Of a DNA stretch of 64,000 nucleotides, positions 24,830 to 52,600 are shown one piece after another. Source of the DNA: Lingula anatina (Eukaryota; Animalia; Brachiopoda); the NCBI GenBank assembly GCA_051362555.1, contig CM120644.1, positions 10,810,567 to 10,874,566 on the forward strand, given 5' to 3'. Within the stretch, counting starts at the first letter, position 1, and each line of letters opens with the position of its first letter. The notes beneath the pieces were generated by a model. The model worked only from the letters and a program-made list of their open reading frames with translations, made no database searches and was not told where the DNA came from. The position numbers and the translations under genes were made by a program.

Positions 24830-27800
24830 TCTCCACTACTGAAATTAAAGCGAAGGTAAACGGATTGAGAATATTCAAAATGGTTTTAAGCAAACACGCT
24901 TTAGTATCATTTTCCGTAAATTTATAAAAAGCAGCAATTTAAGTTTCAGATTATTGGAAACTAATGCACAGTATCAGCATGCATCTGTGGCTTCCTGTTC
25001 AACAAGGATATGCTTATGTGAATAGGCCTACAGGTACCGCTATTTATAATATCAAACAATCTGTGAATCTCAAGGTAAAAGAAAGGCATTTCAATATATA
25101 CTGTTCAAGTTTAAAACTGTCTCAAAGTTATATTTCCTATGTCTACATATACCTCAAAGCTGCCTATCTTTCCGAAGTCAGAGCTTTAAAAATGATTAAA
25201 ACTTTCAAATTAAAGAACCTGATGTCAACAAGTTCAAGAAGATGGACCGGTACAGTTAAATGTACCGCTTTGTGCAAAAAGGGGGCTAATTATATATCAT
25301 GCAGAAAGATCGTTTTACAAGTTTACAAATTACATAAAATCAATCTTGTGTTGTTTGTGAAGCACCTCTTATGGTCATTTATCAAACAATTAAACAAATT
25401 ACAATTTATAAATTATTCCTCCATTATTCATGAGGGGACCTTCGTTGTAAAGAGACAATATTTGGATTCTAAAGGAAAAGTAAATACCCCGCCATACTGT
25501 TCTGCTGTTGTCAAGTCAGGCAGGAGTTAATACAGGCAAGTTTGGCGGGTTGAATCACAGAGGGATTCAAAAGTTTGAAATCGAGTGCCTCCTTTTTGAT
25601 TTAAAAAATAAAACGCTTAACTTATTAATCTCATTCTTTCTTTCTTTTTGTTAAAAAACCAATTTGAAGGTGGCCATATTGATGTAAGTACACGCACGAA
25701 AACCGCCCCATATGACGTTTTCATAATCCTGTAATTTAATTTCCCGTGATATTTCAACTGACGAAACTACACCCTGTGCTACCACTACTCCAATTCTGCA
25801 GTGTGTAAATTCAATTTTAATTTACTGTATCTGGCATTTGTCGGAAAATTAGACGAGAAAACACACGCGTCTCTTAATCCAAAGTTTTTTTAATTTTTAA
25901 AATGGAATATTACCATAAGATGCCGATTGAGCAGGCGAGGGCTACGACAAGCCCGATACCTTATTAAGGCCCAAACTGAAGCTCTCTGTCTATGCACTGA
26001 TATTAATACATACATGTACATGTAGTGGGCAGCAGATGCTTTAAGTCTAGCTTAAATAATCTAACGACTCGAGCACTGTGTGAACAAGTGAAAATAATTC
26101 CTAAGATGATATTTCCTGATTTCAAGCATCGCTAGCAAAAGATACGTGAAAAATGCTGACAGATGGTGGAGGACGTGCTAGTGATTTTCTCCTGGACACA
26201 CTGGAGGGTGGGAGGGGGATGGGGGGTACCTTTGTCCTTAGGTATGCAGTTAATGGGCAATACGGTAAGTTGAAATAACATTGGGAAGGAACGTATCTCT
26301 AATCTCTGACAAAAAACTTACGTTTCAGGCGGTTTGGATATCTCGTTCAAACGATCCTTGTTTGGCTGCGATCTACAACTTCCCGTCTCAAAAGTTCTCT
26401 TCCTTATCTTCGTGTCAGTCCACAAACCTTGACCGTCCTCCGTTTCCTCCTAGTTCCCCTTTTTAACGCTGAACTCCACCTATACTCTTAACTACCCCGC
26501 CCGTTTCTCTTTTTCAGGAACATAAATAACGCTGACGCTATGTGATATGAACTCTACACCAGATCTTACTTATAGAGCAATGCTAGAAACACACTGCCAG
26601 AGTCAATTAAATACGTATTGATCAGCCCTAATTTCATGTATTCACAATAAACACGAAAGTGAATGCTGCTCAATCAACAGAAATATACCGTACCTGACAT
26701 TCCAGAACCATTCGTCCCGTTCACACGAATCACTAAACGCTTACATCTGTCTTAGAACTGGTTGGTTTTCCATTCAGCTTATCCATTTTATTTAACATTT
26801 CCTTATTATGCAACCTTCTTAAGGACTAGTTCGTAACGTCTAAAATGATATATTTATAATAATATTTCAATTACTATACATCATATTTGGAGAGATCAGG
26901 AAGTCCAGCTTACGGCTGTTATCAACTTCAAAGATGATATCTTTTGGATTGTGAAACTAACCAGTCCACCAAAACCTCATACGACTCTTCCTTAATTCAA
27001 AAATACATTATACTTGCACATAATAACCTTACAGCTTTCATTCAATTGCTGTGATTCTGTTAAACTGTGATTAATGAAAACGTTATCCTTTAACTTTACA
27101 ACAATGATAGCAATGTTGATGAGCGGGAAGGTCGATACTTTCCATACAAGTTCAGAATTACATAAAAAAGATATTGCGGGATTTCTGTTAATTCATGTCA
27201 CTGCGGATCGCACGTTCAAGTGTGAAATAATTCAAACTGAAAATATACAACATGGTGTCAGCAAAGGACCAGATAAAGTAAGGACTATCCCGGCCTTTCC
27301 GGGTTTTACAGCGTGTTAGGCAATCGGTAGTCGCGGAGCAATTAATGATTCAAGCAATTTGAACAATGCCAAACCAGATCCAAAAAGAGTACCAAGCTGT
27401 GTGAATAAGCCCATTGCTGCTGTTATACCTTGGATAAGTTTACACGGCTGTATTTTTACAAAGTTATCTGCAATGAAGTGATCGCCAATGGACGATCGGC
27501 TAATATGATTTCAGCAAACAACATGATTCCTTTCGTAACTCACGTCACATAGCTATTTGATATATTCATAAATATTTATGATAAACATACTTTTACACGT
27601 AGTTGAAAAGGCTCACAGCAGATGTTTTATCAAGATTATTTGGACATATACACTGAATATGGTACGTCTCCATAATAAAAACGACCAAAGTCTGATAATT
27701 ATTTCCCTCCCGCAGGTCACCTCTTGGGGTCGGTGTCACAAAGGGTCTTACCTCAAAAGGTGGTTTAAAACTTTAAGGCCGAAAAATTCCATCTGCTTAG

Positions 27801-28940
27801 AACCGAATTAGAGCTTTCGGTTGTAGTTCACCGAAACAAAACGACAGTCTGTGTGAAATATTAGACATTTATTACTTGTTTTCAAACAGCCTTAATTTCC
27901 TAATTAAATGGATTGCCACTTGATGCATCCCGGATCAAAGTTCACGTAGATCAACACTAGATGTTAAGACCAGCTTTAGGCTGAAGTTCTTTTCATTAAA
28001 CGTGTAAATATCATAAATATCATAATATAGTTTAGAGAAAAGCAATGACGCTCTCCCTGTAGCGATCATTGATCCTGGGATGGTGGCATCCCTAGACCAA
28101 TTATACTGAGTTAAGACACCTTGAAATATCGAACGAGGCCTTTGATATATTTTTGCTTTTAGCCATTTTTATTTTCATCAAACACCAATTATATACAATA
28201 ATAATAATAATAATAAAAATACGACAGAAGGGCTTTGACCGAAACGTTTTTAATTGGTGGTCATTTTAATATTGATGTACTTAATACCTCCTTTATGAGA
28301 GCAATTTGTTTGTTAAACTGAGCGTAAAAACAATCCCGATGTTTTGTTAATGCGTTATTCCAAAATTAATAAATGTATAAATTCGGAAAGAATGAATGAA
28401 AGAAATAAGATGATGGTAATAATTATAACAACGGTGTTATTAATAATAAATGAGTGTGTGACAGAAAGGTCGGGTTGCTAGGCATTTTTATTTAATTATC
28501 TGCTCCATTTCTAACTCTAAATAACTAATATCCACTCAACTACCGCCACAATGGGCCATAAATCTGCCAAAATTGCTATTCGTTCACTCACTTAATCTCC
28601 CCATTTTCTCATAGCACAGAGTTTCATGGACGTTAACATGCAACATTTGTAGAAAATGGCGAAGAGAGCCACGAATGAAAGCTATCTATCACTAACCTTC
28701 TGTGCGTAGGTAGTTGACGAAATAATTAGATTTTCTGTAATGGAGTCATAACGTCACTTTTACGGGGAATCAATTTTACTGTGATACTAATACTGTTTAG
28801 ACTAATACTGATCGAAAAGGTGTGTAACATAAAAAAGTCTCCCTGGTTCAAAAATCGAAGATACAGGGTAGGCATTAACTGGTTAAAGGCGCAGTGAGAT
28901 AATTATGGCGTAAGTAGTCAGGTCCAGGACAGATTACCAA

Positions 28941-29125
28941 TTCAAGTCAATTCAATTCAATTCAATTCAATTCATTTCATTAAAGTCTCACCCATAGATA
29001 CAATTAAAAACAAACAATAAAAAATAAAACAGTCATCAGGCAGTTCTTTAGAGAACTATGAGAGACTAGAAAAAAAACAAAAACTAATTACAGTTTAAAT
29101 ACATAAAATTTCTTCTTAATTCTAA
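28941..29125 (-). mobile_element. 5'-truncated non-LTR retroelement end with (TTGAA)n tail
   Basis: An exact 13-bp direct repeat gacagattaccaa at 28928-28940 and 29126-29138 flanks the insert, with (AATTC)n at one end. Confidence 0.65.
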
Positions 29126-31850
29126 GACAGATTACCAACAGAGCAATCCACGTAAAATAGGTTGTTTTTTAACGCGATCGACACATAAATAATGTTTTAA
29201 TTTCGGTCTCTGTAGCTGAACTTTTCCCCGTCGTTCAGCAACTAATGAAGATTAAATATTTTTAAATAAAGTCATCATGCTTGTAAAATATTAAACTCGC
29301 AAACATTCCAATACAAGTAATTCGTTGTCTTCACCCTTAAGTGTTATTTTATCATTATTACTTTAGGGAGTGGGGGGTTCATAACAACATTCAATATTCG
29401 GTCAAATCATTTGCGTCATTTTCTTTTGTTCGTCTAAAACAAGTTCCTAGCAATTACGTATGCCGTAAAGGAAAGTCGAGGACTTCCTCTGAACTTAGAA
29501 AAATAACTTGGCGTAGTAGTCAGGATGTTTACAGTCACTTGATCCCAGGCAGTAATGGTATGGAGTTATTATATACCTGGGAGTTTGGTGGAGACAGCCA
29601 GGGTTAATTAATGCTCGGGATATAAAGAGGAGGGTGGAGGTGGGGGTGGGGAGGTCAAGAGGTTGACATCACTTCCACAACGATATTGATTTCGGCCTAG
29701 AGCTTTTTATTAGGTTTTTATCAGGTGGGGTCTTTTACTGTAAATGTGGACATGAGAACGACATAAATCTTAGATGATTTTTTGAGCCAGAGGAGACTTT
29801 TCCCGACCAGTGTTTTTTTTTTAGCGACCCCCCCCCCCACGGCAGGCCAACGGCCATATTATTTTCCACTTTTAATCAGATGGCAACTTTTCTCTTACTG
29901 TCATGTCTCGTATCTTCCTCCTCATCCATTTACATATTTCATGTCGGTGAAATTCTTGAAATCAAAAATCTATGACAAGGTGTGCATCCCAAAACATTCA
30001 CCTGAATTTGATCACAGTACATGTATGCCATGCGAAAGCGCGCGACATGGATGTACACTGCAGCTTTGGCGGTAGAACGGAAATCGATAAAAACTTCTGT
30101 CCTAATCACGGCGTTAATGGCTGGCATAACGGCGAATGTTTTCACCTTATCAACGCCAAACACAAACAGTTCTTTCCCTGACGTCATTCTCTAGGGAGTG
30201 GAGGCGAGTTTAATCAGTGCCGCCCAAACAACGAGGTGAAAAACTTCAATATTATGGAGTGCCATATTAATATCATTTGCTATCATTGGCAGTGCATTTT
30301 CATATCGTTATACTTGCCGGGGATGGACACTTATCGATACCAGACACATATCTTGGTTAAAAATGAGCGCCTTATATTTCAATTTGTTTGCAATAATCGG
30401 CATTGTAATCGGCAGAGCTTCAAAATCCAATGCAGACATCTTGCCAACTCTTATACGGAGAGCAGGCTGGTTTCCCGCCAGATAAAAAGATCGTCTGCGA
30501 GAATCTGAAACCGACGGCGCAATCATATCAAAATACCAGATTCGCTAAAAATTATACATTTTATGATTTTTGCTTTCAAAGATTTACTAAAACCGATTTT
30601 CTTTTTTATACTCTCAATGCCGCACAATGTGGCGAATTATTTTATCGACGGTGAGATTTTTACCATCTCACATCAAATATTCAGAGCTCACAAAAATACC
30701 TTTAAAAACGGTGTTCATATCACAAAATGGGGCACATACTGGTTATGTCGCGTCCGCTTTTGGCTGGATCAATTAAGTGCGTGTTCCGATCAATCACAAT
30801 AATAGCACTTAATTAAGATCAAAACTGCAAAAAAGATAAAATCAACTTATTAATTTTTCAATTATTAAAAATGTTTTGTATTTATTCAGTCCATAGTCAT
30901 TTTATAAAAATATAAATTATCATATATATTATTCTGCAACAATTTTTGAATATCAACAATTCAGTAACAAATACTGCAAGTTTGTGATGAGCATGCATTA
31001 ATTACAAGTAAATAGCATAAAGTTATACAAGAAGCACCTTAGTTTCACAAAATCTAGAACAAATTTTCATTCAGATTAGACTTTTTGATCAAAAGGAAAG
31101 TTCCCTCGACCCCAACCCAAACCCCCAAATGCATCTTCAACATTTCTAATCAGCTGACGAAAACCCTAAATTATGGGTTCACAAACATTTCATTTCACAA
31201 AACTGCAAAATACTGATTGGTCTTGATGACTATAAACAAGAAGCCACACATTTCTCTAGTTTAACCATCAGTTGTTTCCCCAACTTCAATCTGTTTTCAT
31301 CTAATCTTAATATGCCTATACTACCCTGTAGTATTATTGGTATCAAAGGACACATTGCAGTAATAAAATTTTCATGAAGCTTGAAAATATGCCACTCTGC
31401 TGGAAGCAAGAACATGGCACTGTTCTTGGCTCTTTAAAGCCAGATTGCAATGAAATGATAATAAAATGTCATTTAAAAAATTGGCATCAAGATATTGCAC
31501 CTTTTATGCACATCAATTACTATAATTAAAATAAATATTTAATTAATATAAATTCCATACCTAAGGCAAGGTTGTTGACAACAATCTTTCTATCCAAGCT
31601 TAGCAAAAAGGTGGCTCCATCAATATATATGTCAACAAATTTATACCACTAAAATGTTATATATTACTACTAGGTATTCAGAAAATATCAGCAAAGACTT
31701 CCTTAAAACCACTTTTTTTAATCAACCCCATCAGGCATTCTATGAATTCTATGCCTAATATAATGCATTCTAATCTTCTGATGACATCATCTGGATGTTA
31801 CTCTGATTTAAACTGGTTCTCCTTTGAATGCAGACATAACCTCTTCCTCT

Positions 31851-47222
<15,372 letters not shown>

Positions 47223-47541
47223 TGGCCTCTTTTTTCTGAGCTTGGACGATGCCCGACGAAGCCCTTATGCACCTACCGCCTGTCCTGGTGACCGTGGTGT
47301 CAGAAAATAGTAACTTCTCAAAACTAGGTCGATAGAGCTAATGTACGTTTTTGTTAAAGTTTCGCTTAAAATTTACATCCTATTTGATTTAATATCTCAT
47401 TGAAATTTATTATTTAGATAAAACAATCACAAAGTATATTGATTATAAATTTAAACAAGGATTTGTGTTATACTAACAAGAATAGTTAATAATTTATACT
47501 TGAAAACGTTTTACTACACAGCAAAAGAACTCTACCTCAAG
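47223..47541. promoter_or_regulatory. Probable bidirectional promoter shared by EHHADH and FBXL4
   Basis: Only 319 bp separate the two divergent ATGs. A locally GC/CpG-richer stretch lies at about 47223-47300. A possible FBXL4 5'UTR intron runs from gtacgt (47343) to tacacag (47521). Confidence 0.65.
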
Positions 47542-48326
47542 ATGGCGATGACAACAGGAAATGTGATCTCGCAGTACTGTCAAGTTGAGGATTTCAGCTC
47601 TCAATACGGCGGGGAGAACTCGATCTCGTACACAGCAACAAACTTGTCGAATGAGTCAAATATATATCCAAGATATGGGGATTATACGCATGCTTGTGTA
47701 CTGGTAGGTTGCATTAAGTATGACGCATTTCCAAACAAATTGCCCCAGTGCGATTTTTGCAGCTAAGTCTGGAGTTTAGGCAAGTATCAACCGCCGCCAC
47801 TTGCAATAAGAGGACTAAAAATAAATTATGAACGGCCACAACTGGTTCTTATTATGCCAAATTTTTCCTCTGGATATAAAAAGTTAAAACTGTTTGTTCC
47901 ATTGTTTCTAATGGTAATGATTTATGAATTTTTATTAAATGATAAACAAAATAAAAATTATTTTACATATCAGTAGAAGGAAAATTTATATTTACTTTCT
48001 TTTAATTCTAAAATGTTGTACTATTAAGCGTACCTATGGGCCGTGGTGGAAGCTGGCCCCCTCAGCCCCCAGTCCATTCAAGAGAACGCCCCCAAGCTTT
48101 ACCAGTGAGGACTTCATAGGTAATACATTGTAACCTGAAAGTACGTGATCTGAATGGTTTGATTGGTCTGCTTTTGAATGTGTTTTTATTTTGTTTATTA
48201 GATTATATCTTTGGTAATTCAAGGGCTTATTCCTATGTGATAAAGGAACAATCATAGATAGCGTTTTGGTGGCCGATTCCTGTAATGATGGATCTATATG
48301 GATTTTTGTCTAGCCTTCTTCTGTAC

Positions 48327-48416
<90 letters not shown>

Positions 48417-49501
48417 AAGAGAGATGGAGAGTGAGAGAGATTCATCACAACAATTGCCATATTAACTTGTTTCATATTCCATCCCAGATATCAGCTTTCA
48501 CACTAAGGTCTACCCCAGTAAAGTGGAGATCTATGAAACATACAACCCTGGGGCTGTGGTGAGAATACTGGCCTGTGACTGCTCTCCACAGGAGGCACTG
48601 GAGAGGAAAATCAGGTACCCATACACAGGGTGCATGTTACAATATCCTGTATCAAGAGTATTTGTGTTTGAGATTAAAAATCAGAGCGAGGCTCAACCTC
48701 GTGTTGTGGAATATGGGTCTATTCCCACAACTTTAGATCGATCTATCACTGGGGGAGTCTCACTAGATTACTGTCAGATAATCCCCCTTAAGTGTCCGTC
48801 CCTGCCTACTACAAGCTCTAAGGGGTAATTAACTTTCGTGTCCGCCCAGCTGACAGCTATTTAGCGTGAACCCCCAGGGAGTTAGGTCGATCTAAAGTAG
48901 GTCGATCTAATCTATGGAAATGGGGTGTATGACTGCTTGAGACAAGTGTTGTTTCTTACATGGTGTGGTCTGTACTAGTATTTGTTTTTCACCAATCAGG
49001 TTATCTCTATACAGTTCTGTAATGATTCACATATTACATAATGTTTGGGCTTGGTTTAAGATATTTTCATTTATTCTCTTCAATACAGAATTAATACTTA
49101 GTTGCCCTTTCCAGTAGCATATTTTAATATATTGTTGAAATAGAACATGAACAGTATTTTACTTATAAAAAGAAATAACAATAATTGATAAAAAATGGAC
49201 CCAATATCTTCATAAAAGAGGACTACAAATTCTGCATTATCTTGGTTCAAAGTAGACCAAAGTCTTCACACTGAAAGTTTTGCCTAAGATTATTTTGTAA
49301 ACGTAGCCTCTGATGTTGTCATATGAAGTCTTTTAGTTAATTTCCTGTCAATATTTGACCTGTGTGTGAAGATGACTTTGTTTCTGTTTCAGGTGGGTCA
49401 CTCTATGGTCAGGTCTTCCAGACCAGGCCAGGCAGGAGACCAGGATCTTCTCACCTCCATTGAAACCCTGTCCATTTCCTACTAAGTAAGTGTGTTTCTG
49501 T

Positions 49502-49557
<56 letters not shown>

Positions 49558-49558
49558 G

Positions 49559-49618
<60 letters not shown>

Positions 49619-52600
49619 GTGTGTGTGTGTGTGTGGGGGGGGGGCGTGTGTGTGTGTGTGTGTTGTCTGGACAGAGTCATAATCAAAGGAATCATCTATT
49701 GACCAAAACTGTAAGTCTTCTGGAAGATTTGACAATTCAGGTATATATTATTTCAGATAGATGTCTAGTTAACAGTGCCTACTGAAATATGTTTGTTAAT
49801 ATTTTACTTGTTAAAAATATTTTTGTTTTTCAGTTTCCTGCGTTTAGAATTCTGTCACAGCAAGCTGTATTACTACACAGAACTGGATGCTGTCAAGTTA
49901 CACGGCACAAAATCTCCTCCCAAGAACCAATGTCCAATTCATGACAACAGTCACAGTAGCAGTGTCGATGACGACACTAAGTTTAGCATCAGCAGCCTTT
50001 GCTGTTGCCCTAACAACAGGTCTGCAGCAGACGACACATTAAAGTGGGACAAGCTGTCACTGGAGGATAAGATGAGTCACATGACCTTGGATGGACCCCC
50101 TGCAGTGCATAAGAAGGATAATGGATATTTTGACAGTTTGCCTGTAAGATGAAAGTGAGGTTTTTAGGGGTAAATTTGAATAATAATCAAAGAGTGTGGA
50201 TATAACTAAGTCAAATACTCATAATTACTAGTAAAATGTCAATTTTATATTCTAAGATCAAACTGAGATGAAATAATTAATCATTGCTTATTAATTTGTT
50301 TCTATTCTTATGTACTGGTAACCACCTAGTAAAATGTTAATTTTAGGGTAGATTTTTCGAAGATTAATTAAAAAATTTAATAGACTCTAAGCATTAAAAT
50401 TGTATATCCTAGGGAGAAGTTATCCAGCTGATTCTTAGTTATCTGGACGTGCCTTCTTTATGTGCCGCCTCCATGACATCTACGTAAGTGATATATTTCT
50501 TCACACACCACTTACCATGTAGAATGATGTCAGACCAAAACACGAACCACACAGAACACCTTAAGATCAAATATTGGTATCCATTAAATAACTGAAAAGT
50601 TTCGTCTAATTAAATTCAGGATAGATCCTATATGATTTATAAAGTAGATAAAAATAACCATTATATGTTTTGGTAGTGGTTTCAAAGGACAATTGGAATT
50701 GATTGGATTGAAATTGATAAACAAGCATTCTTTCATTATTTCAGGTTATTTTTTCATCACTGCTACGACCCCTTGCAGTACACAGAAATAAATCTGCAGC
50801 CTCACTGGCCTTTGGTAAGTTGGCATTCCACACTTCTCAGAGTCCAGAAAATGGTAATTTTTAGATTGTGAAATTTTTAAAAAAGGTGTTAATGCAGTAT
50901 TCTCTTCATCCAAGGTAAAACAAGATTATATGGCATTCACTTTTTTTTTAGTGCTTTTGTTTTTTTCAGAAGTTTTTATTAATTGATGAATACTTTTGTG
51001 CATCTTTCTATTATTTTCTTCTCTTTTAAAATACATAGGTTTTCTTATTAGAAACTGTTGATATCAAAATCAATCTGCACAATATATTTGTATTGGTTTG
51101 AAGAAAGTGACACCTATTGTTGACTGTATGCACTGCATCTCTCCACCAGGTGTCAGACAGCTCTTTGGAGTATCTTGAATCAAGATGTCGCCATCTACAG
51201 AGACTTAACCTCAGTTGGTGTGGGGGTTATGGTCAGATAACTACCCAAGGGTTTAGAAGGTTAGTTTGCTCCACAGTCTCATGAAAGTTTCACAAATTAG
51301 TCTCACAGATTAGCAACGTATATTTTTTTACCCAAAAAATCTGAGTAGATGAATACAAAATATGTGGTAAATGTATTTAGTTGGACTAACAGGACTGAAT
51401 TTGATAATTTAACACCATAATCTATGTAGTGAAAAAATGTATTATGTTGAATGTGTTATAAGTGATGACTAAAAAAGGCAATTAAAAAAAAGTCAGTGAA
51501 GTGAGTCAATACAAAATTGTTTAGCAGTAAAATGTAAAACTTGACTTGTTTAAAAGAAATGCGCAGTGGTATCCGCTACTTGCAGGGCCTAACTTAAATT
51601 TCCAATTTGTTCCAGTTTCATCAAGGAGTGCAGTAAAGAGCTGACATGTCTGGTACTGGGTTGTTGCAAGTTTGTGAACAGTGAATGTATACAGATCATA
51701 GCTAGTAGCTGTAGTAATTTACTGGGTAAGCTTTCCTTTTTCATTCTATTCTAAAGATCATCCTTGGTAATTTTTCTTTGTAGTATGTTATTTTTCTTAT
51801 TAAAATATGTTAATCTTTTAATGTCCCATAGAAAAGAAAAATGGTAATTTCATAAAATAAATAATAGCATTTATAATAAACAGTTGTTTTGGGTTATTGT
51901 GGGTTTAAAGCTTTGAACCCATTTTCTTTAAATAATTCACAATCATCACTGAAAGAAACACCTAAGGTCAAAATGATTGGCCTAATTGATTTGCTAGGTG
52001 ACAAAAGCAATTGTTATTTTAATTTTAAAACATAAGTGAACGTTTAATTATCTTTGCTTTCAGAGCTGGATCTCCAGTGCTGTCCCACGGAAAGTGCAGG
52101 CTTTCTTCAAATCATGAAACTCTCCTCTCTTCAGAGGCTGAATCTGTACAGAAGTCAGATAGACATACATTCCATTGTAGCTATAATTAGGTATTGTGTG
52201 TGAGCATGTGTGCACCTCTCTCTATCTTTCTCTCTCTCGCACACACACATACACAAGCACCGCAAATACTACTTTTCAGTATCAACCAATATATATTTTG
52301 TAGATGACAGAATGCCCACTTCCTGTCCAAAAGATTATGGGTTTGTTTTCTTTGTACAGATTTGACCCAAATTTAATTTATGAGACTTGAATGAATAGGC
52401 TGAAAAAAGAAGTGAAGACCTGGTTATAATAGTTTTGGTAATTACAGTATGAAGCACCACATGCAGATTGGGTAGTAATTTTCCCAGTGACATCAATTCT
52501 GGATTGAACAGATCTAAAAAGACAATATACATGGTAAAACCATCTGTTCATATTTATCAAGGATATCAGGGTTTGAAATAAATATTTCAGTTACAGATAT

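Noticed and set aside
24964-25530. 188-aa + strand ORF
   Set aside because: AT-rich, intron-like composition, no recognisable motif, and lies antisense in the presumed 5'UTR intron of the channel gene.
27317-27500. Hydrophobic minus-strand peptide (CKLIQGITAAMGLFTQLGTLFGSGLALF) as a possible GPCR or channel pseudogene
   Set aside because: Short, bounded by stops, with no diagnostic motif or convincing splice sites.
31154-31190. Hammerhead-like CTGACGAA-AACCC...GGGTT
   Set aside because: Followed by CACAAA instead of GAAA, so the core is incomplete.
49348-49785. HT/CV-rich ORFs (also near 5855, 9184, 48233 and 62931)
   Set aside because: Translations of (GT)n/(CA)n microsatellites.
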